Source: an uncultured archaeon (GTDB lineage: Archaea; Iainarchaeota; Iainarchaeia; Iainarchaeales; JAAZKV01). From it: a stretch of DNA of 44,874 nucleotides. The DNA lies in NCBI GenBank assembly GCA_964590155.1, contig CAZPWC010000004.1, positions 9,379 to 54,252 of the forward strand, written 5' to 3'. The position numbers were made by a program, and so were the translations under genes. Shown piece after piece: positions 8,288 to 17,259 of this stretch. Each line of letters starts with the position of its first letter. Position 1 is the first letter of the stretch. The notes under the pieces were generated by a model. The model worked only from the letters and a program-made list of their open reading frames with translations, had not been told where the DNA came from and did no database searches.

Positions 8288-9364
8288 ATGGAAAACATTG
8301 TTGCATTGCTTGATCTTGATTACTTTTATGCGCAGTGCGAAATTCTAAGAAACCCTGCGATTAGAGAAAAGCCTGTTGTAATAGTAGTGCCTTCTTTGAG
8401 AGAAAATTCGGGCGCAATTGCAACGTGCAATTATGAAGCGCGTGCGCTTAAGATAAAATCAGGAATGCCTCTTGGGTTAGCAAAAAAACTTGCGAGCAAA
8501 GAAACCATTTTCATTAATGCGGACAAACCCTATTATGAGGAAGTTTCTCAGAAAGTTTTTGACATAGTTGATTTTTTTTCAGAAAAAGTAGAGCAAGTAT
8601 CAATTGATGAAGCTTATTTTGATTTAAGTAATCCTAGTGGTTTTGAAAAAGCAAAAGAAATTTGTTTAAAGATAAAGGAAAGGGTAAAATCAGAAACTGG
8701 GCTTACCTGTTCCGTTGGGTTGAGTTATAATAAATTGCTTTCAAAAATGGCTGCGTCTTTTAAAAAGCCTGATGGTTTTTTTGTTATTGAAAAAAAAGAT
8801 GCTGAACTTTTTTTAAATAAACAAAAAGTCGGTTCGCTCTTTGGGGTGGGGCCTAAAGCGGAAGAAATATTTGAAAAAAATGGAGTGAGGGTTGTTGCGG
8901 ATATAAAGAAACATTCTGTTGCTGAGTTAATTAAATGGTTCGGTGAAGCAAAAGGAAAACAGTTCTATGATTTTGCTTTTGCTGTTGATAGTAGAGAAAT
9001 TGAGCCTAATAGAGAAAAACAACAACTTTCTCGTTTAATGACAATAAAAAAAGACACAAATGATTTTGATGAAGCAAAACAATATATTGAGTTTTTATCA
9101 GAATTAGTTTTCAAAGAAGCGACAAAATTGAATAAATCGTTCAAAACCGTTTCTTTAATTATAGTGACGCCAAAATATGAGACAGTTACACGGTCAACCA
9201 CTGTTGAAGAAAAAATTACTTCTGTTGAACAACTCAAAGAAATCCAGTATTCTTTGTTAAAAGGTTTTTTGAGTGAATCTTTTTCAAGCATCAGAAGATT
9301 AGGTGTTAGGGTATCAAATTTTGGGGATGATGCAGGTTTTCAAAAGAAGTTATTTGATTATTGA
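8288..9364 (+). CDS. dinB: Y-family DNA polymerase IV (DinB/Dpo4)
   Basis: ALLDLDYFYAQCE, SIDEAYFDLS, SVGLSYNKLLSKMAS and FGVGPK motifs. The ATG at 8288 lies two codons after the track GTG. Confidence 0.9.
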   Translation: MENIVALLDLDYFYAQCEILRNPAIREKPVVIVVPSLRENSGAIATCNYEARALKIKSGMPLGLAKKLASKETIFINADKPYYEEVSQKVFDIVDFFSEKVEQVSIDEAYFDLSNPSGFEKAKEICLKIKERVKSETGLTCSVGLSYNKLLSKMAASFKKPDGFFVIEKKDAELFLNKQKVGSLFGVGPKAEEIFEKNGVRVVADIKKHSVAELIKWFGEAKGKQFYDFAFAVDSREIEPNREKQQLSRLMTIKKDTNDFDEAKQYIEFLSELVFKEATKLNKSFKTVSLIIVTPKYETVTRSTTVEEKITSVEQLKEIQYSLLKGFLSESFSSIRRLGVRVSNFGDDAGFQKKLFDY

Positions 9365-9383
9365 ATTTAGTTGATTATGTTTG

Positions 9384-9431
9384 GTTGTTGGATTTGGTTG
9401 ATTGATTTTTGTTGTTGGATTTGGTTGATTG
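9384..9431. repeat. 21-bp direct repeat x2 (GTTGTTGGATTTGGTTGATTG), period 27 bp, inside a cytosine-free stretch
   Basis: Identical copies at 9384-9404 and 9411-9431. TTGATT motifs recur through 9470. Confidence 0.8.
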
Positions 9432-9495
9432 GGTTTGATTAGTTGATTTAGTTAGTAATTTTGATTATTATTTTAATGCGTGCAAGTTGATTTTT

Positions 9496-10137
9496 ATGGA
9501 AACAAAAGAAAGAGCAAAAAAGGTTTTTCTTGAATTAAAGAAAAATTATCCTCATGTTCCTCTCCTTTTTTTAAGTCACAAAACAGATGCGCAAATGCTT
9601 TGCGCAATTATTCTTTCTGCGCAGAGCACTGATGCGCAAGTGAACAAAGTTACTGAAAGTCTTTTTAAGAAATATAAAATCGTTAATGATTTTGCTTCTG
9701 CCAACTTGCGCTCTTTTCAGAAAGAAGTTTTTTCAACAGGGTTTTACAAGTCCAAAGGAAAAAGAGTTATTGAGTGTTTCAAAAAAATAAAAAATGATTT
9801 TAAAGGAAAAGTTCCATTAGAGATGAGTGATTTAATTTCTTTGCCTGGGGTTGGAAGAAAAACGGCGAACCTTGTTTTAGCAAACAAAGGAATTACTGAA
9901 GGGATAGCTGTTGATACTCACGTTTTTCGCCTGGCTAATAGAATTGGATTTTCTTGTGGGAAAACTCCTGAACAAGTTGAAAAAGATTTAATGGACGTTT
10001 TTGATAGGAGGGTTTGGGCAGAAATTAACGGATTGTTAATAAGTCATGGGAGAGCGGTTTGTGCCGCAAAAAGGCCTTTGTGCGAAAAGTGCTTTTTGAA
10101 CGAGAAAAAACTTTGCCCAAGAAAGGGTCTTGTTTAG
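9496..10137 (+). CDS. nth: endonuclease III (DNA glycosylase/AP lyase)
   Basis: HhH-GPD motif LPGVGRKTANLVL, catalytic region VDTHVFR, and C-terminal 4Fe-4S ligands C-x6-C-x2-C-x8-C (CAAKRPLCEKCFLNEKKLC). Confidence 0.9.
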   Translation: METKERAKKVFLELKKNYPHVPLLFLSHKTDAQMLCAIILSAQSTDAQVNKVTESLFKKYKIVNDFASANLRSFQKEVFSTGFYKSKGKRVIECFKKIKNDFKGKVPLEMSDLISLPGVGRKTANLVLANKGITEGIAVDTHVFRLANRIGFSCGKTPEQVEKDLMDVFDRRVWAEINGLLISHGRAVCAAKRPLCEKCFLNEKKLCPRKGLV

Positions 10138-10202
10138 TTGACTTTTTTTCGCGCGATTTTATTTAAGCAACCTTTTTATTCTTCATTTTCCTCTTATTTT
10201 GC

Positions 10203-11717
10203 ATGTCAGAAGCGTTAGTTTTGCCTTTAACCACTATTGGAATAATTATTATTCTGGCTTTATTTTTCAGCGTAATGGTTAGAAAGATAGGGCAGAATGA
10301 AGTTATTGGTTTTATTCTTGCCGGTTTTTTGCTTGGCCCATTTTTTCTTGGTTTTATAAATCCTGCAGATCCGTTGGTTGTTGGTTTTGCGGAGTTAGGA
10401 TTATTTATTTTATTATTTTACTTAGGGGTAGAACTTTCCTTAAAAGAATTTCTTGGTTCGGGAGCAACTATTTTTGGTTTAGCTATAATTGATATGGCTC
10501 TTACGACAGGGATTGGGGTATTAATTTTATTGGCTTTGGGCAACTCTTTTTTGTTCTCGGTAATTGTAGGGATAATGCTTTTTAGTACTAGTACTGCGAT
10601 TGTAGCAAAATTTATCTTGGACAAAAAGCTTTTGGAAAATGCTGCGGCAAAAGTTTCTTTATCTATCTTGATTTTGCAGGACTTTTTAGGAATTCTTCTT
10701 TTAGTTTTTATAACAACTTTGTCTGCGCCTACAGGGCAATCCCCTGCAGCGTTAGCTATTGCGGCAGTTGTTTTTGCTGTCAGCGCGTTTTATGCAGTTT
10801 ATCATTTATCAAAAATTGTTGAAAATTGGTTGTATACTAATGGCTTTGGGCACACTGAAATGACGCTGTATGCTTTAGGTATTGGTTTAGTTGTTGCAAC
10901 CCTTGCGAGCGTTATTGGTTTGTCGACAGCCATTGGTGCTTATTTTGCTGGTTTTGCTTTGAGTGAAACAAAAGCCAGTAATTCAATTAAAAAAGATGTT
11001 GGCTTTTTGAGAGATTTTTTCCTTGTTTTCTTTTTTGTCGGGTTTGGAACAACTTTGTTTTATGATTTTGCTCTTCACGCGGTTGTTTTGCCTTCAATTG
11101 ATGAAGCAATATTTATGATTCTACTAGCGACTATCTTGGGGGTGGGGGCGATTTTTGCACATTCTCTTGCCTCAAGAGTATTTGGTTCATTATTTGGTTT
11201 GAGTGCTGATGATGCTTCTCTTTCAGCAATTCTTCTATCGCCTTTAGGGGAATTTGTTGTAATTATTGCTACTGTTGCTGTTGCTTCCGCTGTTTTGTCT
11301 CCTGCTGAAGCAAAATTTATTAGTCCCCTAGCTTTTTTGTTGATAATAATTACACTTATTCTTTTCCAGCCGATGTACTCCGCAAAAGAATTGCACAAAA
11401 AATTATTTGCTTTAATTCCTAGAATTCCTGTGCACGAAAAAGAAACTTCTTTAAAACCGCATAATGATTATACAATTGAGCATATAAAAGAAATCGGGAT
11501 AAGTGTTTTTGTAATTATTTGTTTTGCTTGGGTAACTATTTTGCTTTACAATGATCTTCCTCGATTTGGTGTTCCTATTCTTTACAGTAGGCAAATAACT
11601 TCCGCAATAATCTTCATTTTCTTTGCCTCATTCCCCTTCTATCGCGCTTCAAGAGCTTTTTGGAGAATATACAAACATATTAGAATCACAAAAAAACCTA
11701 TTCACTCATTAAAGTAA
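10203..11717 (+). CDS. cation:proton antiporter (CPA2/Kef-type) with an extra C-terminal membrane extension
   Basis: About 12 or more TM segments. IGQNEVIGFILAGFLLGP and LFILLFYLGVELS are typical of the Na_H_Exchanger family. Confidence 0.75.
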   Translation: MSEALVLPLTTIGIIIILALFFSVMVRKIGQNEVIGFILAGFLLGPFFLGFINPADPLVVGFAELGLFILLFYLGVELSLKEFLGSGATIFGLAIIDMALTTGIGVLILLALGNSFLFSVIVGIMLFSTSTAIVAKFILDKKLLENAAAKVSLSILILQDFLGILLLVFITTLSAPTGQSPAALAIAAVVFAVSAFYAVYHLSKIVENWLYTNGFGHTEMTLYALGIGLVVATLASVIGLSTAIGAYFAGFALSETKASNSIKKDVGFLRDFFLVFFFVGFGTTLFYDFALHAVVLPSIDEAIFMILLATILGVGAIFAHSLASRVFGSLFGLSADDASLSAILLSPLGEFVVIIATVAVASAVLSPAEAKFISPLAFLLIIITLILFQPMYSAKELHKKLFALIPRIPVHEKETSLKPHNDYTIEHIKEIGISVFVIICFAWVTILLYNDLPRFGVPILYSRQITSAIIFIFFASFPFYRASRAFWRIYKHIRITKKPIHSLK

Positions 11718-11826
11718 TGAATCTTTTGGGAAGCCTAAGTTTTGAGAAAAGATTAAGCTCTGGGAAAAAATTGATTTTTTCTTCACAAATGAAGTATTAA
11801 AAAAGGATTGATGGAAAACTTCTTTT

Positions 11827-12342
11827 ATGATTTCGAGAAAAACGGTTCTTGGCGATATTATTTCCTCTAATCCGGAGATTATTCCTTTGCTTGCACAAGC
11901 TGGGCTTCATTGTATTGGTTGCCATGTGTCAGCATATGAATCTATCGAAGATGGCTGCAAGACTCACGGGATGACTGATAAGCAAATTGATGATCTTATT
12001 GTGGAAGCAAATAAACGCGCAAAGGAATATGACGGGATGCCAAAAATTGCTTTGACAAAAAGTGCTGTTTTGGAACTAAAAAAAAGAGTTACCTCTTCAA
12101 AAGCAAAGTATGCTAAGATTTTCCAGGTGTATGGGGGGGACTTTGATTTTGATGCGGTTAATGAAAAAGAACCAACCGATGTTGAGATTGATGCGGGTGT
12201 AAAATTGCTTCTTGAAAAGAGAATTGAAAGGATTTTGCGCGGTATTGAAATTGATTTTAACTCAAAATTGAAAGATTTTACTGCAAAGAAAGTTGGAGTA
12301 AAAAAAGAAAATAAAGCAAAGAAAAAAGCGAGTAAAAAATAA
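11827..12342 (+). CDS. DUF1858 (hybrid-cluster-protein-associated redox disulfide) domain fused to a Cys-less HesB/IscA-like domain and a Lys-rich tail
   Basis: N-terminal half: VLGDIISSNPEIIPLLAQAGLHCIGCHVSAYESIEDGCKTHG. C-terminal half: IALTKSAVLELKK...GVKLLLEKRIERILRGIEIDF, which resembles the IscA fold without its cysteines. Confidence 0.6.
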   Translation: MISRKTVLGDIISSNPEIIPLLAQAGLHCIGCHVSAYESIEDGCKTHGMTDKQIDDLIVEANKRAKEYDGMPKIALTKSAVLELKKRVTSSKAKYAKIFQVYGGDFDFDAVNEKEPTDVEIDAGVKLLLEKRIERILRGIEIDFNSKLKDFTAKKVGVKKENKAKKKASKK

Positions 12343-12420
12343 AAAACGAAAGGAAAATGACAAGCAAAGCGATAAAACCAAAATAGGTGCTGGAAAAATA
12401 CAAAAAAAGTAACTAAAATT

Positions 12421-12999
12421 TTAAATGGCTTTTTTTGCCCCAATCCATCCGATTATTATTCCTGCTATGAGTGATAGCGAAACTGTTATTACAAAAAATT
12501 CTCGGGTTATTTCTTGCGCTGCTGAATAACTTGTTTGAGTAATGTTAGCTTCTTTTGTTACGGTGGCAAGCATGGGTTGATCTTCAATATTGCTGCTGCC
12601 TAGTAGTGTATCTTGATTTGATTGTGCAGCACCGATGTTACTTGTTGAAGAAAGTACAACGAATAATAAGCCGCTAAAGAGTATCGCTCCCATGCAAAGA
12701 GTTATTAGGACACGCACTTGCTCCATTAAGTTTGGAACAATAATAGTTTTTCCTTTTCCTGTTAACTCATAATATTTCCATTTATGCCCATCGTCAATAA
12801 GTTTTATCAAACTGGCATCCATTAGTACGGAGCAGTGTTCTTTTATTGTTGAACTCTCTTTGCTCAACTTTTTGCTTAGCTCAGTTAGCGTCATTCTCCT
12901 TTGGCTTAGTGATTTAAGTATGTTAACTCTACTGTCTGCCGATAGTGCCTTAAAACTTTTATCATCAAGGATTATTTCTTTTTCTTGCATAAGTATCAC
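12421..12999 (-). CDS. ArsR-type winged-helix regulator with two TM segments (membrane-anchored)
   Basis: LSADSRVNILKSLSQRRMTLTELSKKLSKESSTIKEHCSVLMDASLI is followed by two hydrophobic helices (LITLCMGAILFSGLLFVVL; FFVITVSLSLIAGIIIGWI). Confidence 0.7.
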   Translation of the reverse strand: MILMQEKEIILDDKSFKALSADSRVNILKSLSQRRMTLTELSKKLSKESSTIKEHCSVLMDASLIKLIDDGHKWKYYELTGKGKTIIVPNLMEQVRVLITLCMGAILFSGLLFVVLSSTSNIGAAQSNQDTLLGSSNIEDQPMLATVTKEANITQTSYSAAQEITREFFVITVSLSLIAGIIIGWIGAKKAI

Positions 13000-13039
13000 T
13001 AACTAACTACACTATAAATACCTTCGCGAATTCGTATTT

Positions 13040-14074
13040 TTAATTGTTTGGATTTTGTTCGGTCTTTTGTTTTGTTGGAGTAAATCCTTCGATTGAGTAA
13101 AGTATGTAATAAAAAAGTCCTGCAAAATTTTTCACCAAAACTTCGCTGATAAACGTTACTAAGAAAAAGGAAGTCATTATGTAAAGCAACCAAGCGTATT
13201 TCTTGAAGAAACCAATTGCGGGTATTTGCTCTATTATTGTTTCTCCTAAGTTAGTTTGAGGGTTGAGACTTATCTGGTCATTTAATTGTTTCTTATAAGC
13301 ATCTGTTTTGAATTGGGTTTCTATTGCTTCCATTGTTGCGACAAACGAAAGAGAATCAACATCTGTTTTTTTCTCAAGAGTTAGGTACGCGGGGGTACTT
13401 TTTATTCCTTGTACTGTTGCTTGCTGTCCGCTAACAAGCATTCCAACAAATTGGTCTTGGATTTGCTTAGCAAGTGTGTCTTGATTACCTATTGATACTT
13501 CCAAAATATCAGTGGCAACATTTTTCTCTAAAGTGTCTCTTGTCGAGTAACTTACCATTGCAAGGTACAATATAAAAGCTATTCCAAAAATAATCAAAAA
13601 TCTTCCCGCGCCCGAAGCCCCTGACCTAAATTTTTTCATATACTTTACTTCTTCTTCTCTTTTTGAAAGGTAACTAACTGACAGGGGAACTCCTATCAAA
13701 CTTATAATTATGACAAAAAGGTATTCCGCAAGGTTGAACAATAGTAACGCGATTATTGCGCCTACAAGAAAGGCTCCGCCGGGAACTATAAAATTCAGTG
13801 GTTTAATAAGTTCTTTTCCGCAAACAAGCAAAAGAGCTATTGTTATTGCTCCTGATAAAATAAAGTAAACAAAATTTAGGGACATCATGGCTTGCATTAG
13901 TGGAATAAAATTTATCGTCAAAAACATTTGGGTAGTTATTTTTGTCGCTGAAAAAAGCATCCCTGTTATTATACAAAAAATAACTATCAATAAAGCAAGC
14001 GCCCCTATTTTCAAGTCAGAGTTCATTAGGATAAAACTAGTTTTTTTCTTTATTTTAAGCTTTCGTTTAGGCAT
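13040..14074 (-). CDS. hypothetical polytopic membrane protein
   Basis: 344-aa ORF with several TM helices and a central soluble loop. It ends 40 nt upstream of the ArsR-TM gene on the same strand. Confidence 0.6.
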   Translation of the reverse strand: MPKRKLKIKKKTSFILMNSDLKIGALALLIVIFCIITGMLFSATKITTQMFLTINFIPLMQAMMSLNFVYFILSGAITIALLLVCGKELIKPLNFIVPGGAFLVGAIIALLLFNLAEYLFVIIISLIGVPLSVSYLSKREEEVKYMKKFRSGASGAGRFLIIFGIAFILYLAMVSYSTRDTLEKNVATDILEVSIGNQDTLAKQIQDQFVGMLVSGQQATVQGIKSTPAYLTLEKKTDVDSLSFVATMEAIETQFKTDAYKKQLNDQISLNPQTNLGETIIEQIPAIGFFKKYAWLLYIMTSFFLVTFISEVLVKNFAGLFYYILYSIEGFTPTKQKTEQNPNN

Positions 14075-14109
14075 AAAACATTAAAAATACTTGCAAACAG
14101 CATTTCTTC

Positions 14110-17100
14110 ATGGAAAGTGCGCAGGAACAATCAATTGATTTTTCTTCTATTGAAAAAAAATGGCAAAAAGCTTGGGAAAAAGAAAATATTTTTGCTGTTA
14201 AAGAGTCATTAAAGAAAGAAAAATACTATGTTCTTGAAATGTACCCTTATCCAAGTGCTAGCTTTTTGCACATGGGTCATGTTAGAAACTTTACAATAGG
14301 GGACGCTTTTGCCAGATTTAAGCGAATGAATGGATTTAATGTTCTTTACCCGATGGGTTATGATTCTTTTGGGCTCCCTGCAGAAACTGCTTCTAAAAAA
14401 GAAGGGATTCATCCAAGGGTTTACACTGAGTCTGCAATAAAGAAAATCATGGAGTACCAAAAAGCAATGGGGAATAGTTATGACTGGGACAGAGTTATTG
14501 CAAGCCACGAGCCTGAATATTACAGGTGGAACCAGTTCTTTTTTATAAAACTTTTTGAGAGAGGACTTGCTGTTAGAAAAAAGGCTCCAGTAAATTGGTG
14601 TGAAACTTGCCAATCAGTTCTTGCTAATGAAGAAGCGGAAGGCGGAAAATGTTGGAGATGCAATAGTGAAGTAATTCAAAAAGATATGGAACAATGGTTT
14701 TTGAAAATTACCAAATACGCTGATAGATTGCTTGTCGACCTTGACAAATTAGATTGGCCTGAAAGAATAAAAGTAATGCAAAGAAATTGGATAGGGCGAA
14801 GCGAGGGAACCGAAATTAATTTTGAGATTAATGGAGCTAAGTGGCCGATTTTTACCACTCGTCCTGACACAATTTTTGGAGTAACTTTTGTTGTAGTGAG
14901 TGCTGAGCACCCGAAATTGTTTGAACTTGTTACAAAAGAACAAAAGGTTGCGGTTGAAGAATTTTTGAAGAAACTAAAATCTGCGGGGGATAAAGCAACT
15001 GAACTTTACGAGAAGGAAGGCGTATTTACTGGCGCTTACGCAATTAACCCAATGACTAAAGAAAAAATTCCTGTTTATGCAGGAAATTTTGTTGTTGCGA
15101 GTTACGGTTCAGGGATGGTAATGGCTGTTCCTGCTCATGATCAGAGAGATTATGAGTTTGCGGTGAAGTACAAAATCCCAATAAAGCAAGTTATTGTGCC
15201 AACGTTTATTACTGACACTGGCGTTGATGCAATAAGACCAAACCTGCCAGTGGTTGAAAGGAAAGCAGTGTTTGGAATTGTGAAACACTGGGTAGAAGAT
15301 AAGTACTATTGTCTGGATTGGACTAAATTTAATTGGAAAACTTTTGTTATTGGGGGGGTAGAAAATAATGAAACTGCTGAGGAAGCGGTTATTCGTGAAG
15401 TGAAAGAAGAAACTGGCTACTTGGATATTAAGTCAGTAAAAAAAGAAGGGTTTGAAGTTTTTTCAAAGTTTTTTGCTACTCACAAGGGGGTAAATAGAGC
15501 AGCTTGGCAAACTGCTTTCATTGTAGAACTTGCTTCTGATAAACATGTTGAACCAGAAGCAAAGCATGTAAAGAACCACAAAGGGCAATGGGTTGCAAAA
15601 AAAGATATGGCAAAATTTTTGAATATTAAATGCCAACAATACTTTTGGAGTAATTACTTAAAAGGCGGGGAAGCGTTTACAGAAGAAGGGCTTTTGATTA
15701 ATTCGGATCCTTTTAACGGAATGGAAAGCGAGAAAGCTATTGAAGAAATTACTAACACACTTGCAAAGAAAGGATTGGGCAAAAAAACTGTTAATTACAA
15801 AATTCGTGATTGGCTTGTTTCTCGTCAAAGATATTGGGGGACACCAATTCCTGCAGTTCATTGTGAAGCGTGCGGAGTAGTAATGGTTTCTGAAAAAGAT
15901 TTGCCTGTTTTGCTTCCTGAAAAAGTTGATTTTAAGGTTTCTGGAAATCCGCTAAATTCCAATAAAGAATTTGTCAACACAAAGTGTCCTAAGTGCGGGG
16001 GTAATGCGAAGAGAGAAACTGACACAATGGGCGGATTTGTTGATTCAAGTTGGTACTTCTTAAGGTATTGTGATAATAAAAATAAAACAAAACCATTTGA
16101 TCCAAAAAAAGCAAAGTACTGGATGCCTGTTGATCAATATATTGGCGGAGCGGAGCATGCGGTAATGCACTTAATGTATGCGCGCTTCTTTGTCAAAGCG
16201 TTAAAGGACATGAAATTTGTTGATTTTGATGAACCTTTTCAAAAACTTTTCAATCAAGGAATAGTTTACAAAGACGGGGCAAAAATGTCTAAGTCAAAAG
16301 GTAATGTTGTTTTCCAAACGGATATTTCAAACAAGTACGGGATTGATACGGCAAGATTGTTTTTGATGTTTGTTTCTTCTCCTGACAAACAAATGGAGTG
16401 GAATGATGAGGGTGTTGAAGGGGCATTTAGAATAATTAATCGTTTTTTTAGAATTGCGGAAAAAGTTAAAGATGTTGCTCCTGATAAAAAAACCCAGAGT
16501 AAATTAAATATTACAATTAGGGATGTTACAAACAATGTTGAGTCATTTGATTATCCTAAAGCAATTATTGCAATCTCAAATTTTGTGGATTATCTTTTGA
16601 CTTTGGATGTTGTTCCAAAATCTGCTTTTGAGGAAACATTAAAACTTATTTCCGTGTTTTGCCCGCACATTGCTGAAGAATTGTGGCATAGAATTGGGAA
16701 TAAATCATTTGTTTCAGTTGCTAAATGGCCAAAACTTAATGAAAAATTAATTGACGAGAATTTTGAACGCATTGAGCAACTTGTTCAATCTTTAAGATTA
16801 GATATTTTGAAGATAAAAGAACTTGCAAAGATAGAGAAAGTTTCTAAAGTGAAAATATTTGTTGCTCCTGAGTGGAAGTGGAAAGTTATTGATTTAGTGA
16901 AGAAGGCTTGTGATAACAAACCTGATTTTGGTGCGGCAATGAAAGCTGTTATGGCTGATGTTTCGTTGAGAAAATACGGTGGCGAAGTTTCGGGTGTTGT
17001 AAAAACAGCGGTGAACAAATTAGTTGACATTTCTTTGCTTGAGAGGTTTGACGAAGTTGCGGTTTTAAAAGAAGTTAAATCTTCTCTTGAAAAAGAATTT

Positions 17101-17190
17101 GGTTCAATAGAAATTATTCCTGCCCAGGAATCTAAAGAACAGAAAGCAAAAAATGCTTTTCCTGGAAAACCCGCTCTTTTGGTTGAATAA
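14110..17190 (+). CDS. leuS: leucyl-tRNA synthetase, bacterial-type core, with a Nudix-domain insertion in the CP1 editing domain
   Basis: HMGH (SFLHMGHVRNFTIGD), GYDSFGLPAE, TTRPDTIFG, MAVPAHDQRDYEF, RDWLVSRQRYWG and KMSKS (GAKMSKSKGN). There is an extra segment of about 160 aa carrying the Nudix box GGVENNETAEEAVIREVKEETGY at nt 15352-15420. Confidence 0.95.
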   Translation: MESAQEQSIDFSSIEKKWQKAWEKENIFAVKESLKKEKYYVLEMYPYPSASFLHMGHVRNFTIGDAFARFKRMNGFNVLYPMGYDSFGLPAETASKKEGIHPRVYTESAIKKIMEYQKAMGNSYDWDRVIASHEPEYYRWNQFFFIKLFERGLAVRKKAPVNWCETCQSVLANEEAEGGKCWRCNSEVIQKDMEQWFLKITKYADRLLVDLDKLDWPERIKVMQRNWIGRSEGTEINFEINGAKWPIFTTRPDTIFGVTFVVVSAEHPKLFELVTKEQKVAVEEFLKKLKSAGDKATELYEKEGVFTGAYAINPMTKEKIPVYAGNFVVASYGSGMVMAVPAHDQRDYEFAVKYKIPIKQVIVPTFITDTGVDAIRPNLPVVERKAVFGIVKHWVEDKYYCLDWTKFNWKTFVIGGVENNETAEEAVIREVKEETGYLDIKSVKKEGFEVFSKFFATHKGVNRAAWQTAFIVELASDKHVEPEAKHVKNHKGQWVAKKDMAKFLNIKCQQYFWSNYLKGGEAFTEEGLLINSDPFNGMESEKAIEEITNTLAKKGLGKKTVNYKIRDWLVSRQRYWGTPIPAVHCEACGVVMVSEKDLPVLLPEKVDFKVSGNPLNSNKEFVNTKCPKCGGNAKRETDTMGGFVDSSWYFLRYCDNKNKTKPFDPKKAKYWMPVDQYIGGAEHAVMHLMYARFFVKALKDMKFVDFDEPFQKLFNQGIVYKDGAKMSKSKGNVVFQTDISNKYGIDTARLFLMFVSSPDKQMEWNDEGVEGAFRIINRFFRIAEKVKDVAPDKKTQSKLNITIRDVTNNVESFDYPKAIIAISNFVDYLLTLDVVPKSAFEETLKLISVFCPHIAEELWHRIGNKSFVSVAKWPKLNEKLIDENFERIEQLVQSLRLDILKIKELAKIEKVSKVKIFVAPEWKWKVIDLVKKACDNKPDFGAAMKAVMADVSLRKYGGEVSGVVKTAVNKLVDISLLERFDEVAVLKEVKSSLEKEFGSIEIIPAQESKEQKAKNAFPGKPALLVE

Positions 17191-17259
17191 TGCGATTGGT
17201 TAAATAATAAAGTTAGTCGGATAATAAGATTGGCTGAATAACAAGGTAATTAGTTTTTT

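Noticed and set aside
9384-9431. Possible CRISPR-like repeat (21-bp unit seen twice)
   Set aside because: There are only two copies, separated by 6 nt, with no spacer-sized unique segments. The unit is non-palindromic T/G-only sequence, and no cas genes are in the window.
11964-12443. The 159-aa minus-strand ORF overlapping the DUF1858 gene and its downstream spacer
   Set aside because: It has a Phe-rich shadow composition and is opposite a gene with clear DUF1858 motifs. Its N-terminal part covers a poly-A/Lys-coding tract.
12999-13193. A 64-aa ORF overlapping the 3' end of the membrane-protein gene on the same strand
   Set aside because: It is out of frame with, and almost entirely contained within, the longer 13040..14074 ORF. 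It has no independent support.
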